Virus record (IMG/VR): IMGVR_UViG_3300024345_000775
Location: 1 to 25,143 of that record
From: a virus
Lineage: Duplodnaviria > Heunggongvirae > Uroviricota > Caudoviricetes
Length of the DNA: 25,143 bases
Direction: 5' to 3' (one strand)
Position 1 is the first letter of the stretch. Each line of letters starts with the position of its first letter. Below are positions 10,864 through 19,025 of the stretch, one piece after another. The position numbers were made by a program, and so were the translations under genes. The notes under the pieces are model-generated. The model did not search any database. It was given only the letters and a program-made list of their open reading frames with translations, and was not told the origin of the DNA.

Positions 10864-11148
10864 TTAAACATCTTCAGTTAGAATATAAGTTCCTGTCATA
10901 TCTTGTACTATTTCTTTGATTTCTTCCTTGTCACTAATTCTATATCCTTTAGCAATAAATGGACCACCTTCTGGGTCAATGAATTCCAAAATAAAAGGAT
11001 TTCCTTCACTAGGACCAAATCTATAGTACTGACCTGATGTATAGAACTTATACTTATTTTTACTTACAGGAATAAGATGAGTATCCACATCTCTATATCT
11101 AGAGGGTAATTGGATTACTTCATCTTTTCTGATAGGTTTCTTTTTCAT
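10864..11148 (-). CDS. Hypothetical protein, 94 aa
   Basis: ATG overlaps the dUTPase TGA (ATGA); TAA stop; contains FIDPEGGPFI, which resembles small phage proteins I recall. Confidence 0.7.
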   Translation of the reverse strand: MKKKPIRKDEVIQLPSRYRDVDTHLIPVSKNKYKFYTSGQYYRFGPSEGNPFILEFIDPEGGPFIAKGYRISDKEEIKEIVQDMTGTYILTEDV

Positions 11149-11636
11149 TTAGTTCCTGTACTACCAAACCCATGTCTATCTGGATTTTGCAGGTCATCAA
11201 CAGGAACAAACTCAATTTTGCTATCAAACAGCCACTTCAGTTTTTGCCACCAAGTAGCTTTCTGACTTAATTGAACTTTGAATTGACAGATTCTGTCACC
11301 TTTATGGATAACAGTCTTATCAAAAGCAATGGCATTGAATCCCCAAATGTCATTGTTACCACAATAAGTGTTGTCTATCACACCAAAGCTATTAGCAAGT
11401 AGAACTTTAAACTTACTAAAGGTGCTACTTCTTGGGACAACAACTGCTTCAAATCCAGGTGGCAACTGCATTGCCACACCAAGGGAAATTAGTTTCTTAC
11501 CAAATACTACCTTGTTATCTTTAACAGAAGGTGCATCAATCTTTACTTCCTCTGCACTACAGAGGTCTACCCAATCACCTTTGTCAATAACTCTAGGTAA
11601 TAATTTAGGATTTTGTGTCTTTACTAATATCTTCAT
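11145..11636 (-). CDS. dut: Trimeric dUTPase
   Basis: Motifs DLCSAE, VVPRSS, GVIDNTYCG, GDRICQF and C-terminal RHGFGSTG. Start taken as ATG 11636 (MKILVK); 11648 is an in-frame alternative. Confidence 0.92.
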   Translation of the reverse strand: MKILVKTQNPKLLPRVIDKGDWVDLCSAEEVKIDAPSVKDNKVVFGKKLISLGVAMQLPPGFEAVVVPRSSTFSKFKVLLANSFGVIDNTYCGNNDIWGFNAIAFDKTVIHKGDRICQFKVQLSQKATWWQKLKWLFDSKIEFVPVDDLQNPDRHGFGSTGTK

Positions 11637-12135
11637 TGTTATGTACAAACTTTTTTGTTATGTCTTTTTGTATAAATACTACTCTTCCAAAAGGTGTATC
11701 CTGATGTAATTCTTCAATTTGATACATTCTTTGATTAGTAAGTGGATACTTATCTAAACCCCCCAAATCTTCTCTATAAGGACCTAACTTCAAATAGTTA
11801 AGATTGTAGATATGAACATGACGATTTAAAATATTTGCTCCACTATACCAAGCTGTTTTCAAATCAAATTCTTCCTTTACATACTCAAGTAAATGATTTA
11901 TTCTTTTTGGAGATTTATCACCTCCCATAAAACATACACAAGTAATTCCAGGATTATTTTTTACCAATTCACTAAGTTTTGCTTCTGTTAGCAATGCACC
12001 AACATCTTCTTGTAAATATGGTGAATGACATCCAGGACATTTAAAAGGGCAATTGGAAATATTTATACAAAGAGAAATCTCATCAGGAACTTCTGAAAAA
12101 CTTACAACAGTTTCTGTATATTTAACTTGATTCAT
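11605..12135 (-). CDS. nrdG: Anaerobic ribonucleotide reductase activating enzyme (radical SAM)
   Basis: EVPDEISLCINISNCPFKCPGCHS (CxxxCxxC), CVCFMGGD, WYSG, YLKLGPY, TNQRMY. ATG 12135 overlaps the upstream stop (TGATG). nrdD is nearby. Confidence 0.9.
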   Translation of the reverse strand: MNQVKYTETVVSFSEVPDEISLCINISNCPFKCPGCHSPYLQEDVGALLTEAKLSELVKNNPGITCVCFMGGDKSPKRINHLLEYVKEEFDLKTAWYSGANILNRHVHIYNLNYLKLGPYREDLGGLDKYPLTNQRMYQIEELHQDTPFGRVVFIQKDITKKFVHNNEDISKDTKS

Positions 12136-12377
12136 CAATAGTAACTCCTATAATTTTTATAACAACCTAGATAACCTCCATCAGCAAACCAGTATTTACT
12201 GATTCTTGCTTCATTTGTTACCATATACCTGATGTTATCTAAATCATAGCCATAATCCATAAGTAATGAATCAAAGTCACCATCATGAACATCCTCTTTT
12301 GAAAAATGTATCAAATCTACACTTTCTGTTCTAAAATCGAGGACTACTACTGTTCCATCAAATTTTCTTTTAGACAT
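12135..12377 (-). CDS. Hypothetical protein, 80 aa
   Basis: ATG to TGA, with short overlaps to both neighbours, filling the operon without gaps. Confidence 0.65.
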   Translation of the reverse strand: MSKRKFDGTVVVLDFRTESVDLIHFSKEDVHDGDFDSLLMDYGYDLDNIRYMVTNEARISKYWFADGGYLGCYKNYRSYY

Positions 12378-12594
12378 ATAATACTACTTTTATTCCTTCA
12401 ATAGAATTGTAGCAATGCGACAGTATATCTCTTATAACCTCACCATTACCATCAGGACCAGTATAATCAAAGTTATGATGGAATATCCTTGCCATTGATT
12501 TTATATCTTCAGGTAAGGCATGAGGAAATATATGAGTTACTATCTGTACTCTTCTATGTTCTGGAAGTCTATTCCACACTTTTAGAGCTAGCAT
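12370..12594 (-). CDS. Hypothetical protein, 74 aa
   Basis: ATG to TAA, with short overlaps to both neighbours. Confidence 0.6.
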   Translation of the reverse strand: MLALKVWNRLPEHRRVQIVTHIFPHALPEDIKSMARIFHHNFDYTGPDGNGEVIRDILSHCYNSIEGIKVVLYV

Positions 12595-13207
12595 AGATTA
12601 AAGCTTGATTTGTATTATCTTCAATTTGTTTCTCTATTGCTTCCTTAACTTGTTGGAAGCTCACAGGTGTAAACTGATGCCAATCAGTTCCAACATCATA
12701 TTGATAAGGAGGAACTGTTTTCATTATATCAAAATCTATACCTGTATTTTCATAAGTGGAGAGATGCACATGCCCATGTAAATTCCATACTTTTCTTTCT
12801 TTACCAGACCATGTAAGAAATGGAAAATGAGATAACCAAATCTTTTGACCATCAATACTTACAAACAGTTGACTTCTTACTTCATAAAAAAAGTCTTTAT
12901 GTTTAAAGCACTTATTTTTCCAATCATGATTGCCTGGTACTAATATATGAATTCCATTAAGAGCTTCTGTAAACTTCTTCCACTCAGCACTACCTCCAAA
13001 GCAAAAATCTCCCAAATCAAAAACAAGGTCATCTTTGCCAACAACCCTATTCCAATTGTCAATTATTGCTTGGTTCATTTCTTCAACATCTTTAAATGGT
13101 CTACCACACCAACCTATAATAGGTTCATGATTGAGATGTAAATCAGATGTAAAGAAAATATTCCTAGTAGTAGTTTTAAGATTTGAGAAATTTATGCCTT
13201 GTGTCAT
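12569..13207 (-). CDS. Calcineurin-like metallophosphoesterase, 212 aa (ends at TAG)
   Basis: All five motifs are present: FTSDLHLNH, DLGDF, PGNHD, LSHFP, LHGHVH, followed by YDVGTD. Confidence 0.9.
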   Translation of the reverse strand: MTQGINFSNLKTTTRNIFFTSDLHLNHEPIIGWCGRPFKDVEEMNQAIIDNWNRVVGKDDLVFDLGDFCFGGSAEWKKFTEALNGIHILVPGNHDWKNKCFKHKDFFYEVRSQLFVSIDGQKIWLSHFPFLTWSGKERKVWNLHGHVHLSTYENTGIDFDIMKTVPPYQYDVGTDWHQFTPVSFQQVKEAIEKQIEDNTNQALIYASSKSVE

Positions 13208-13209
13208 AG

Positions 13210-15414
13210 TTATGATTGTAAAGCAGATTCATCAGCATAGAATCTAGTCTTTTGCTCAATCTGCCTACCTTCAGACCAATTTCTCACTTTAGTTAAATAG
13301 CCAATAACTCTATCCCATAAAGCAGTATTAGTACTACCACATCTAGGACATTCTGTAAATGGTTGTTTAGCTATAAATCCACAATCTTCACATTCACAAT
13401 TAGGAATGTTAAATGTAAAATAGCTACATCCAACTTTACCTGCAAAATCCAGCAACTTTCTATATTGCTCTACAGAAAGATGTTTATCCAGATTTATATG
13501 AGCTGCTTGACCACCATCAAGACTTCCTGCTGAGAATTCTGTACCGTGCATAATCATCTTATCAAGTACAGAAATGTTGGTATCATTTGGTTTAAAGATA
13601 TAACTTGCATATAAGTTAGTATCTTCAGGTACCCAATAACCTTCAGCTTTGTCCCAATTATAGTTCTTAATAGCAAGACCTTCAGCAGGTACACATTCAG
13701 TATTAAGAGTTACTTTATGGCCAAAATATTTGCCATTGTGAGCTGTATTAAAGTTCTTGAATATAGAGAAAATGAGATTACAAAATTCTTTGTACTCATT
13801 ATTCTTATTACACTCAATTCCTATAAATTCAGCTGCTTGATTTAAACCATTTATACCTAAAGTAAGGTATTGGTTGTTTAAGTTAATAAAACCAGAAGAA
13901 TATACTGGAAGTAACTTAGCAGTATACATATCCCACAATAACTCATTATAAGCAATGTGATATTTAAATACTCTTTCTAAGATACTATTTATATATTCAG
14001 TTAACTGGGATTGAATTCCTGGTTTATCAGCAAAATACATAGCTTTTACAGTATCTCTATCAGTAGTAAACTGTCTAAAGAAATCCTGTATAATTCTAGA
14101 TAAATTACTGGTAATCACAGACTTAGAACCTGTTTGTACACCCATATTACCATTAGTGAAGTTAAACTCCTTAGTTGTAATCATGTTCTTCAACCTGCAA
14201 CAACTTGATAAAGAATCAACTGTATCACTAATATATGTAAAGAAACTATGTCCTCTAGCATACTCCTGAGCAACAAACTCTGCTGAACTCTTGTCTAAAA
14301 ATTCTCCATTTTGATAAACTAAAGCAAATGATTCTACAGGGAAAGTAAGAATACATCTTAATCTTTCCTGATTAAACCATTGCATAAATTCTCTTTGAAT
14401 CCAATTAAGAGAATCCCAATCTGGTTTAGTACCATCAGGGAACATAAATTCTCCAAACATTCCTTCAAAGAAATATTTATCAAAATAAGAAAAGTTAACA
14501 AAAGCTGATTGACTTCCTCTTGCAGCAGCTGGTTGATTTATGCTATAAATAACTTGCTGCCAATACTGATGTATTTGTTTCTTGATAGTCTTTTCTTTAT
14601 TACTATTCTTAGTAATTACTTTATCTGGATTTCTCCAAAAGTCTTCACCCCACTCCTTCTTAGCAAAGTAAGTGAAATAAAGCAAGAACTCAGAAGTAGC
14701 AACTGCACCAGCAAACATAGCACTAGTTGCAAAGATAAGATTAACATACATTCCGCAGAAGGAATCAATATTCTTTGGAGCAGCACTAAGTCCTCCAATC
14801 CCTTTTATACCATTTGTTAAGAATGGATACATGGTAATACTGCAACAATATGGAGCTATTGCACCAGCAAAAGAATTCTCATCATGCTTGTAAATGATAT
14901 GAGATTGTAAATCTCTTTGATACTGCTTAGCATCAAAGTCTGGATAAAGTTCTATAAGTTTTTGCATTACCATTGCTCTTGAAATCTGCAAGTTATCTTC
15001 CTTGTGAATTTCAGAGTTTAATACTCCAATGTTCTTATTAGCAACATTTGAATTGTCATCAATAGTAGCATTGGCAGTATTATTTGACTTTTTATATCTT
15101 TGTATAAAAGCCATTTTGTGTTGTGTATACTCTCTAATAGAATCATGTTTAGACCTATATAATATATAAGCTTTAGCAACTTCACTATTTTGTGTCATTA
15201 ACCAATTCTCAACATGATTTTGAATAGAATCCACAGATATTTGTTCACAATCTTTACAAAGCTCACTTGCTAAGTTATTTGCAAAACTTTCAATAAGTGG
15301 AACAGGCATAAATTGTCCTGTAGCATACACAGCAGACTGAATGGCATTTTTTACCCTGGTAGCATCAAAATCTACAAGGGTTCCATCCCTTTTGATTACT
15401 TGCAATTTACTCAT
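13210..15414 (-). CDS. nrdD: Class III anaerobic ribonucleoside-triphosphate reductase with N-terminal ATP cone, 734 aa
   Basis: VIKRDG ATP cone; YCCSI and SSCCRL active-site cysteine regions; CEDC...CPRC metal site; glycyl-radical loop RVIGYL. Confidence 0.95.
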   Translation of the reverse strand: MSKLQVIKRDGTLVDFDATRVKNAIQSAVYATGQFMPVPLIESFANNLASELCKDCEQISVDSIQNHVENWLMTQNSEVAKAYILYRSKHDSIREYTQHKMAFIQRYKKSNNTANATIDDNSNVANKNIGVLNSEIHKEDNLQISRAMVMQKLIELYPDFDAKQYQRDLQSHIIYKHDENSFAGAIAPYCCSITMYPFLTNGIKGIGGLSAAPKNIDSFCGMYVNLIFATSAMFAGAVATSEFLLYFTYFAKKEWGEDFWRNPDKVITKNSNKEKTIKKQIHQYWQQVIYSINQPAAARGSQSAFVNFSYFDKYFFEGMFGEFMFPDGTKPDWDSLNWIQREFMQWFNQERLRCILTFPVESFALVYQNGEFLDKSSAEFVAQEYARGHSFFTYISDTVDSLSSCCRLKNMITTKEFNFTNGNMGVQTGSKSVITSNLSRIIQDFFRQFTTDRDTVKAMYFADKPGIQSQLTEYINSILERVFKYHIAYNELLWDMYTAKLLPVYSSGFINLNNQYLTLGINGLNQAAEFIGIECNKNNEYKEFCNLIFSIFKNFNTAHNGKYFGHKVTLNTECVPAEGLAIKNYNWDKAEGYWVPEDTNLYASYIFKPNDTNISVLDKMIMHGTEFSAGSLDGGQAAHINLDKHLSVEQYRKLLDFAGKVGCSYFTFNIPNCECEDCGFIAKQPFTECPRCGSTNTALWDRVIGYLTKVRNWSEGRQIEQKTRFYADESALQS

Positions 15415-16457
15415 GGTATCTTATTTAGCCATTCAATTATATTGTTATCCCCTTCTTTGTTTATACCTTGCGGTACATCTGGATTAGTTCTAAGATAATC
15501 ATTAAGCTCTTGTCCTACTTCAAGAGGGTCCCTCAGCACTATATTATGGTTCATACCATATATAAGAGTTCCTCTTTTTTGAGTATCATCATACTTCCAC
15601 ACTAATGGTGTAAGAGTTCTCTTATTAGCTACAATAAACCTATAATCATCCAAAACAAAATCCTTAAAGAACGGGTCTTCATCTAGATTCTTCCTAATAA
15701 TAAGCCAGTAAAGTCTAGCTTGTTGACTATAGCTCCATTGAATAAAACTCTTGTAGAATTCATATTCTGGTTTACTGCTAGTCTTTAAATCTATTGGGTA
15801 AATTACTTTGTTAGCATAGTCTACCACTATGAGGTCAGCCATGCATCTATAATCTACACCATTTATGTTTGCTTTAAATTTGAGTTGATAAAGCCTATCA
15901 ACATCTTCAGTAATGCTATTTGCTCTAAAGTACCATTTGGTCTGTGGACTTTCTTTTAAAGCTCTTACTGTAGATAATACTTCATCAAAGGTTTCTTGGT
16001 TAATCGCTTCTTTACCATAAGCACTTCTCAGTGCAGCATAGTATTCAGAACCTTTTTGAAGAATAGAATTTACTCTATTTTCATCCCTCCAATTTCTTTG
16101 ATAATCAAAATTCTTGATTACTGTTAAAATTTCCTCACTAGGGATTTCTTGTAGAGTATTATACATTTCATGATATTTACCAAATAGAAAATCAACAATG
16201 CTTTGAATAGCAGGTGAGATTGCACTAAAATTGCATACTGCAAATCTATCATTGAACTCTTGCATACCACCTGTTATAATAGAATCTACAGCACTACCAA
16301 ATGTAAGTGATGCAGACTCTTGCTGTTCAAACAGATGTGATAGTTGGTCAAAACCAGTCCTATCAAATTTAGCAATAGTAGAATAACTTAAAGCTGGGTC
16401 ATTTCTATACTCTGTTTCTGATACTTGCCATGAAATGTCATAAAGAGATTTACTCAT
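15411..16457 (-). CDS. PD-(D/E)XK exonuclease, RecE/exonuclease VIII (DUF3799)-like, 348 aa
   Basis: LSYSTI, FGSAVDSII, RCMADLIVVD...IDLKTS and YSQQARLY (QxxxY). ATGA overlaps at both ends. Confidence 0.8.
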   Translation of the reverse strand: MSKSLYDISWQVSETEYRNDPALSYSTIAKFDRTGFDQLSHLFEQQESASLTFGSAVDSIITGGMQEFNDRFAVCNFSAISPAIQSIVDFLFGKYHEMYNTLQEIPSEEILTVIKNFDYQRNWRDENRVNSILQKGSEYYAALRSAYGKEAINQETFDEVLSTVRALKESPQTKWYFRANSITEDVDRLYQLKFKANINGVDYRCMADLIVVDYANKVIYPIDLKTSSKPEYEFYKSFIQWSYSQQARLYWLIIRKNLDEDPFFKDFVLDDYRFIVANKRTLTPLVWKYDDTQKRGTLIYGMNHNIVLRDPLEVGQELNDYLRTNPDVPQGINKEGDNNIIEWLNKIP

Positions 16458-16900
16458 AAACTTTTTATAATAGTTATTGCCTGTTGTAATGTTGAACTGT
16501 CATATATCTGAAAATACAAGCAATCTATCTTATTAGCTTCCAAATATCCTCTAAAAAGCTTTCTTTTAATCAGAAACACATCTGTTTCAAATCCTTTGAC
16601 TTCAATAATAATAAGCTTTCCTTTGTAAAAGAAAGTTATATCAGGAGTATAAGTTATAGGTAAGACTTTCTTATCTTGTAATTTAAGTACTCCTAATTTC
16701 TTATCTCTATCAAAGAATTTAACAGAAGGTTTAAATCCATTCCAAATGATGAATTTAGTTTGTTCATACTCAGGATTAAATCCCCCCTCTTGGAGAGCTT
16801 TAAACACTCTTACCTCAAGGAGGGATTTAAATTGAATTCCTGAATACATTTTAGCAACAGCATTTTTGACTTTCTTATTAACCTTATGTCTAGTGGGCAT
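16454..16900 (-). CDS. Small PD-(D/E)XK endonuclease (DUF1064/resolvase-like), 148 aa
   Basis: GIQFKSLLE, ITYTPDITF, IIEVKGFETDVFLIKRKLF. Confidence 0.78.
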   Translation of the reverse strand: MPTRHKVNKKVKNAVAKMYSGIQFKSLLEVRVFKALQEGGFNPEYEQTKFIIWNGFKPSVKFFDRDKKLGVLKLQDKKVLPITYTPDITFFYKGKLIIIEVKGFETDVFLIKRKLFRGYLEANKIDCLYFQIYDSSTLQQAITIIKSL

Positions 16901-17594
16901 TGTTATATTTCAAATCAAAAGCTGCTAAGAGTCTATCTCTGATAATCCTGTTGCAATTAACATTCAAATCAAACATAGAATCTCTTTTTAATACTTTAGT
17001 TGGCAATACTAAAAAGTCAGTTATGTTCTTACTAACAATTAAGTTTGGTTGAACATCATCCTCATTTTCAGTAACAATGTCATTTGATGCTAGAAAGGCA
17101 AAAACTTTTCCTGTAAGCATCTTATCAAAATCATCAGGGTTATGATAAAGTTCACTGTTTACATAAACAGTTATATCTTTACTCTGATGCTTGATAGTAT
17201 ACATTAACAGTATATTAAGGTTTGCATCAAGAATAATTCCTGGTGCAACATAATACCTTTTATCATTCAAAGTAACTGCTACTAATCTTCTATAAGGTTG
17301 ATACTTATTATTCATATAAGTAAGTAAAGAAGTTTTAGCAGCAACTTTTATAGGTACCTCATCTGAGAATGGCACATTGATAACATATTCCATTCTATCA
17401 TTATCTCTCTTGGAACCAAGCCAAGTACGATAAAGAAAGAGTGGAATTTCAACATCACCATTTGTAAGTTTCATTACTTTGAAGTACATAGAACTTTGAT
17501 GAGCTATTCTAAAGATATTATCACAATTAGTTTGATTGTCTAACTGTCCAGCATATTTGTAACATTCTGCCAGATTTCTCTCAAACTGTGTCAT
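16890..17594 (-). CDS. Hypothetical protein, 234 aa, translationally coupled to the E1/ThiF gene (ends at TAG)
   Basis: ATG overlaps the E1 TGA (ATGA). The TAG at 16890-16892 is followed by ACA-TAA. No family motif recognised. Confidence 0.75.
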   Translation of the reverse strand: MTQFERNLAECYKYAGQLDNQTNCDNIFRIAHQSSMYFKVMKLTNGDVEIPLFLYRTWLGSKRDNDRMEYVINVPFSDEVPIKVAAKTSLLTYMNNKYQPYRRLVAVTLNDKRYYVAPGIILDANLNILLMYTIKHQSKDITVYVNSELYHNPDDFDKMLTGKVFAFLASNDIVTENEDDVQPNLIVSKNITDFLVLPTKVLKRDSMFDLNVNCNRIIRDRLLAAFDLKYNNAH

Positions 17595-19024
17595 ACCCTT
17601 GTTCTTAAGAATAGTTGGTCTGCTTCATATACTGTTAAAAATGGTAAATCTCTTGGATACAAGATATTACTTTCCCCATTAAAGATAAAGTTAACAAGTA
17701 AGTTATTCATCATTGCACCAATCATAGCAGCACAATAAGAAGTTTGCTTATAAGAGCACAATACTCCATCAGCTTCATCATCTTCAAATAACCACTCAGA
17801 CTCATATCTACTCATAAGGTCATGTCTGTCTCCAGTAATACAGAATACTTGATATTGTTCTGCATTCAATCTACCATCAATAAAGAGACATCTCTCATTA
17901 GGATGACTCTCTGCATATTCTTTCCATTTATAGAAGAATACTTTTCTAGCAACCATATTATCAAAACCACAAACCATAATAGGTCCAACTTGTCTGGTTC
18001 TACCAGTATAGAAACTTTGGAAAGTCTCTATTCTATTATAGTTACAGAAAGTTTGTACTACACTTGCAAGTGCAGCTACTTTGGACATACCAACATGGTC
18101 TATGGAGAATAACTGACCACTAAGATTTGCAGATTCTACAACATCTGCATCAAATAGTTGGATACTTTCAGGGTTAGCTCTTGCTGCTAACAAAGTAAAC
18201 CAACTACCAATACCTCCACATCCAGCAACTATAATTTTAGTTCTTTGCATTGCATCAAACCAAGTTGCTCCACTGAATCTACTACCAATATCAGTAGACA
18301 CTGCATCTACTGGTATATTAGGTATTCTATTATTTTGTACTTCAACAGTTACCTGTGGACCTTGTGCAGGCTGTGCTGCTTCAGGAGCACTTTCGGGAGC
18401 AGCTTCAGCTAGTGCAGCATCATCTGTTGAACTAGCAGCAACACTAGTACCAGCATCAGTTGCAACAGTTTCTTCAATTGCTTGAGACAATTCTCCAAGA
18501 GCTTCAGCTACAGGTTCTGATGCAGCAGCTGCTTCCATAATTCCTTGCGGAATTTGAGGGTCAGCAGAAGCAGGAGCACTTGCATTTACAGTTTGTTCTT
18601 CTGCTGGAGCACTTTCTGGAATCATCTCAACAATAGGAGTAGTTCTACTAGTAAACCTTCTTCTTCTAGTAGGAGCAGTCGCAACTGCTTCTGTAGCAAT
18701 TGTAGTATCTACTGCAATAGCAGGACCAGAACCAGCAACATCTGTTATAAGTGTTTCAGCTGAAACAGCTTCTGCTACTTCTGAAGGAGTTTCTTGTACA
18801 GTATTTTGCTCATTAACAAGTCTGTTAATAGCTTCTGATATACTCTCAGGAGCAGAACCTGAATCTACAGCAGGGCCTTGTGCTAATTGTTGAATATTAG
18901 CAGCTTCAGCTACTCTTGTTGCATAAGCAGCACGAGCAGCCTCAGCTACAGCAGGTAATTCAGCTTCTGGATATAGATTTATAATTTCATCTACACTAAG
19001 TAAAGTAGCATCTATTTCTTCCAT
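17591..19024 (-). CDS. ThiF/MoeB/E1-like adenylating enzyme with a long low-complexity N-terminus, 477 aa
   Basis: From residue ~248: SRFSGATW, IIVAGCGGIGSW (GxGxxG), LFDADVVESANLSGQ, GMSKV, CGFDNMVAR, FIDGRL, and GVLCSYKQT (Cys423, 17756-17758) at the position of an E1 crossover-loop cysteine. Confidence 0.88.
   Translation of the reverse strand: MEEIDATLLSVDEIINLYPEAELPAVAEAARAAYATRVAEAANIQQLAQGPAVDSGSAPESISEAINRLVNEQNTVQETPSEVAEAVSAETLITDVAGSGPAIAVDTTIATEAVATAPTRRRRFTSRTTPIVEMIPESAPAEEQTVNASAPASADPQIPQGIMEAAAASEPVAEALGELSQAIEETVATDAGTSVAASSTDDAALAEAAPESAPEAAQPAQGPQVTVEVQNNRIPNIPVDAVSTDIGSRFSGATWFDAMQRTKIIVAGCGGIGSWFTLLAARANPESIQLFDADVVESANLSGQLFSIDHVGMSKVAALASVVQTFCNYNRIETFQSFYTGRTRQVGPIMVCGFDNMVARKVFFYKWKEYAESHPNERCLFIDGRLNAEQYQVFCITGDRHDLMSRYESEWLFEDDEADGVLCSYKQTSYCAAMIGAMMNNLLVNFIFNGESNILYPRDLPFLTVYEADQLFLRTRV
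18384..18620. repeat. Short dispersed direct repeat (PESAP-coding) in the low-complexity N-terminus of the E1 gene
   Basis: GGAGCACTTTCGGGA (18384-18398) and GGAGCACTTTCTGGA (18606-18620) match at 14 of 15 positions; a related APES motif and two AQGP motifs also recur in the protein. Confidence 0.5.
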
Positions 19025-19025
19025 A

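Noticed and set aside
14616-14798. Alternative-frame minus-strand ORF inside nrdD
   Set aside because: Nested out of frame in a highly conserved enzyme; 60 aa with no motif.
15411-16457. Cas4 or CRISPR-associated call for the PD-(D/E)XK exonuclease
   Set aside because: The four-cysteine Fe-S pattern of Cas4 is absent, and I saw no repeat-spacer array or other cas genes.
17591-19024. Thiamine or molybdopterin biosynthesis role for the ThiF-like gene
   Set aside because: No thiS/thiG/moaD/moaE, rhodanese or cysteine desulfurase neighbours; the context is JAB plus E2-like plus Ubl, and the MoeB zinc CxxC pairs are missing.
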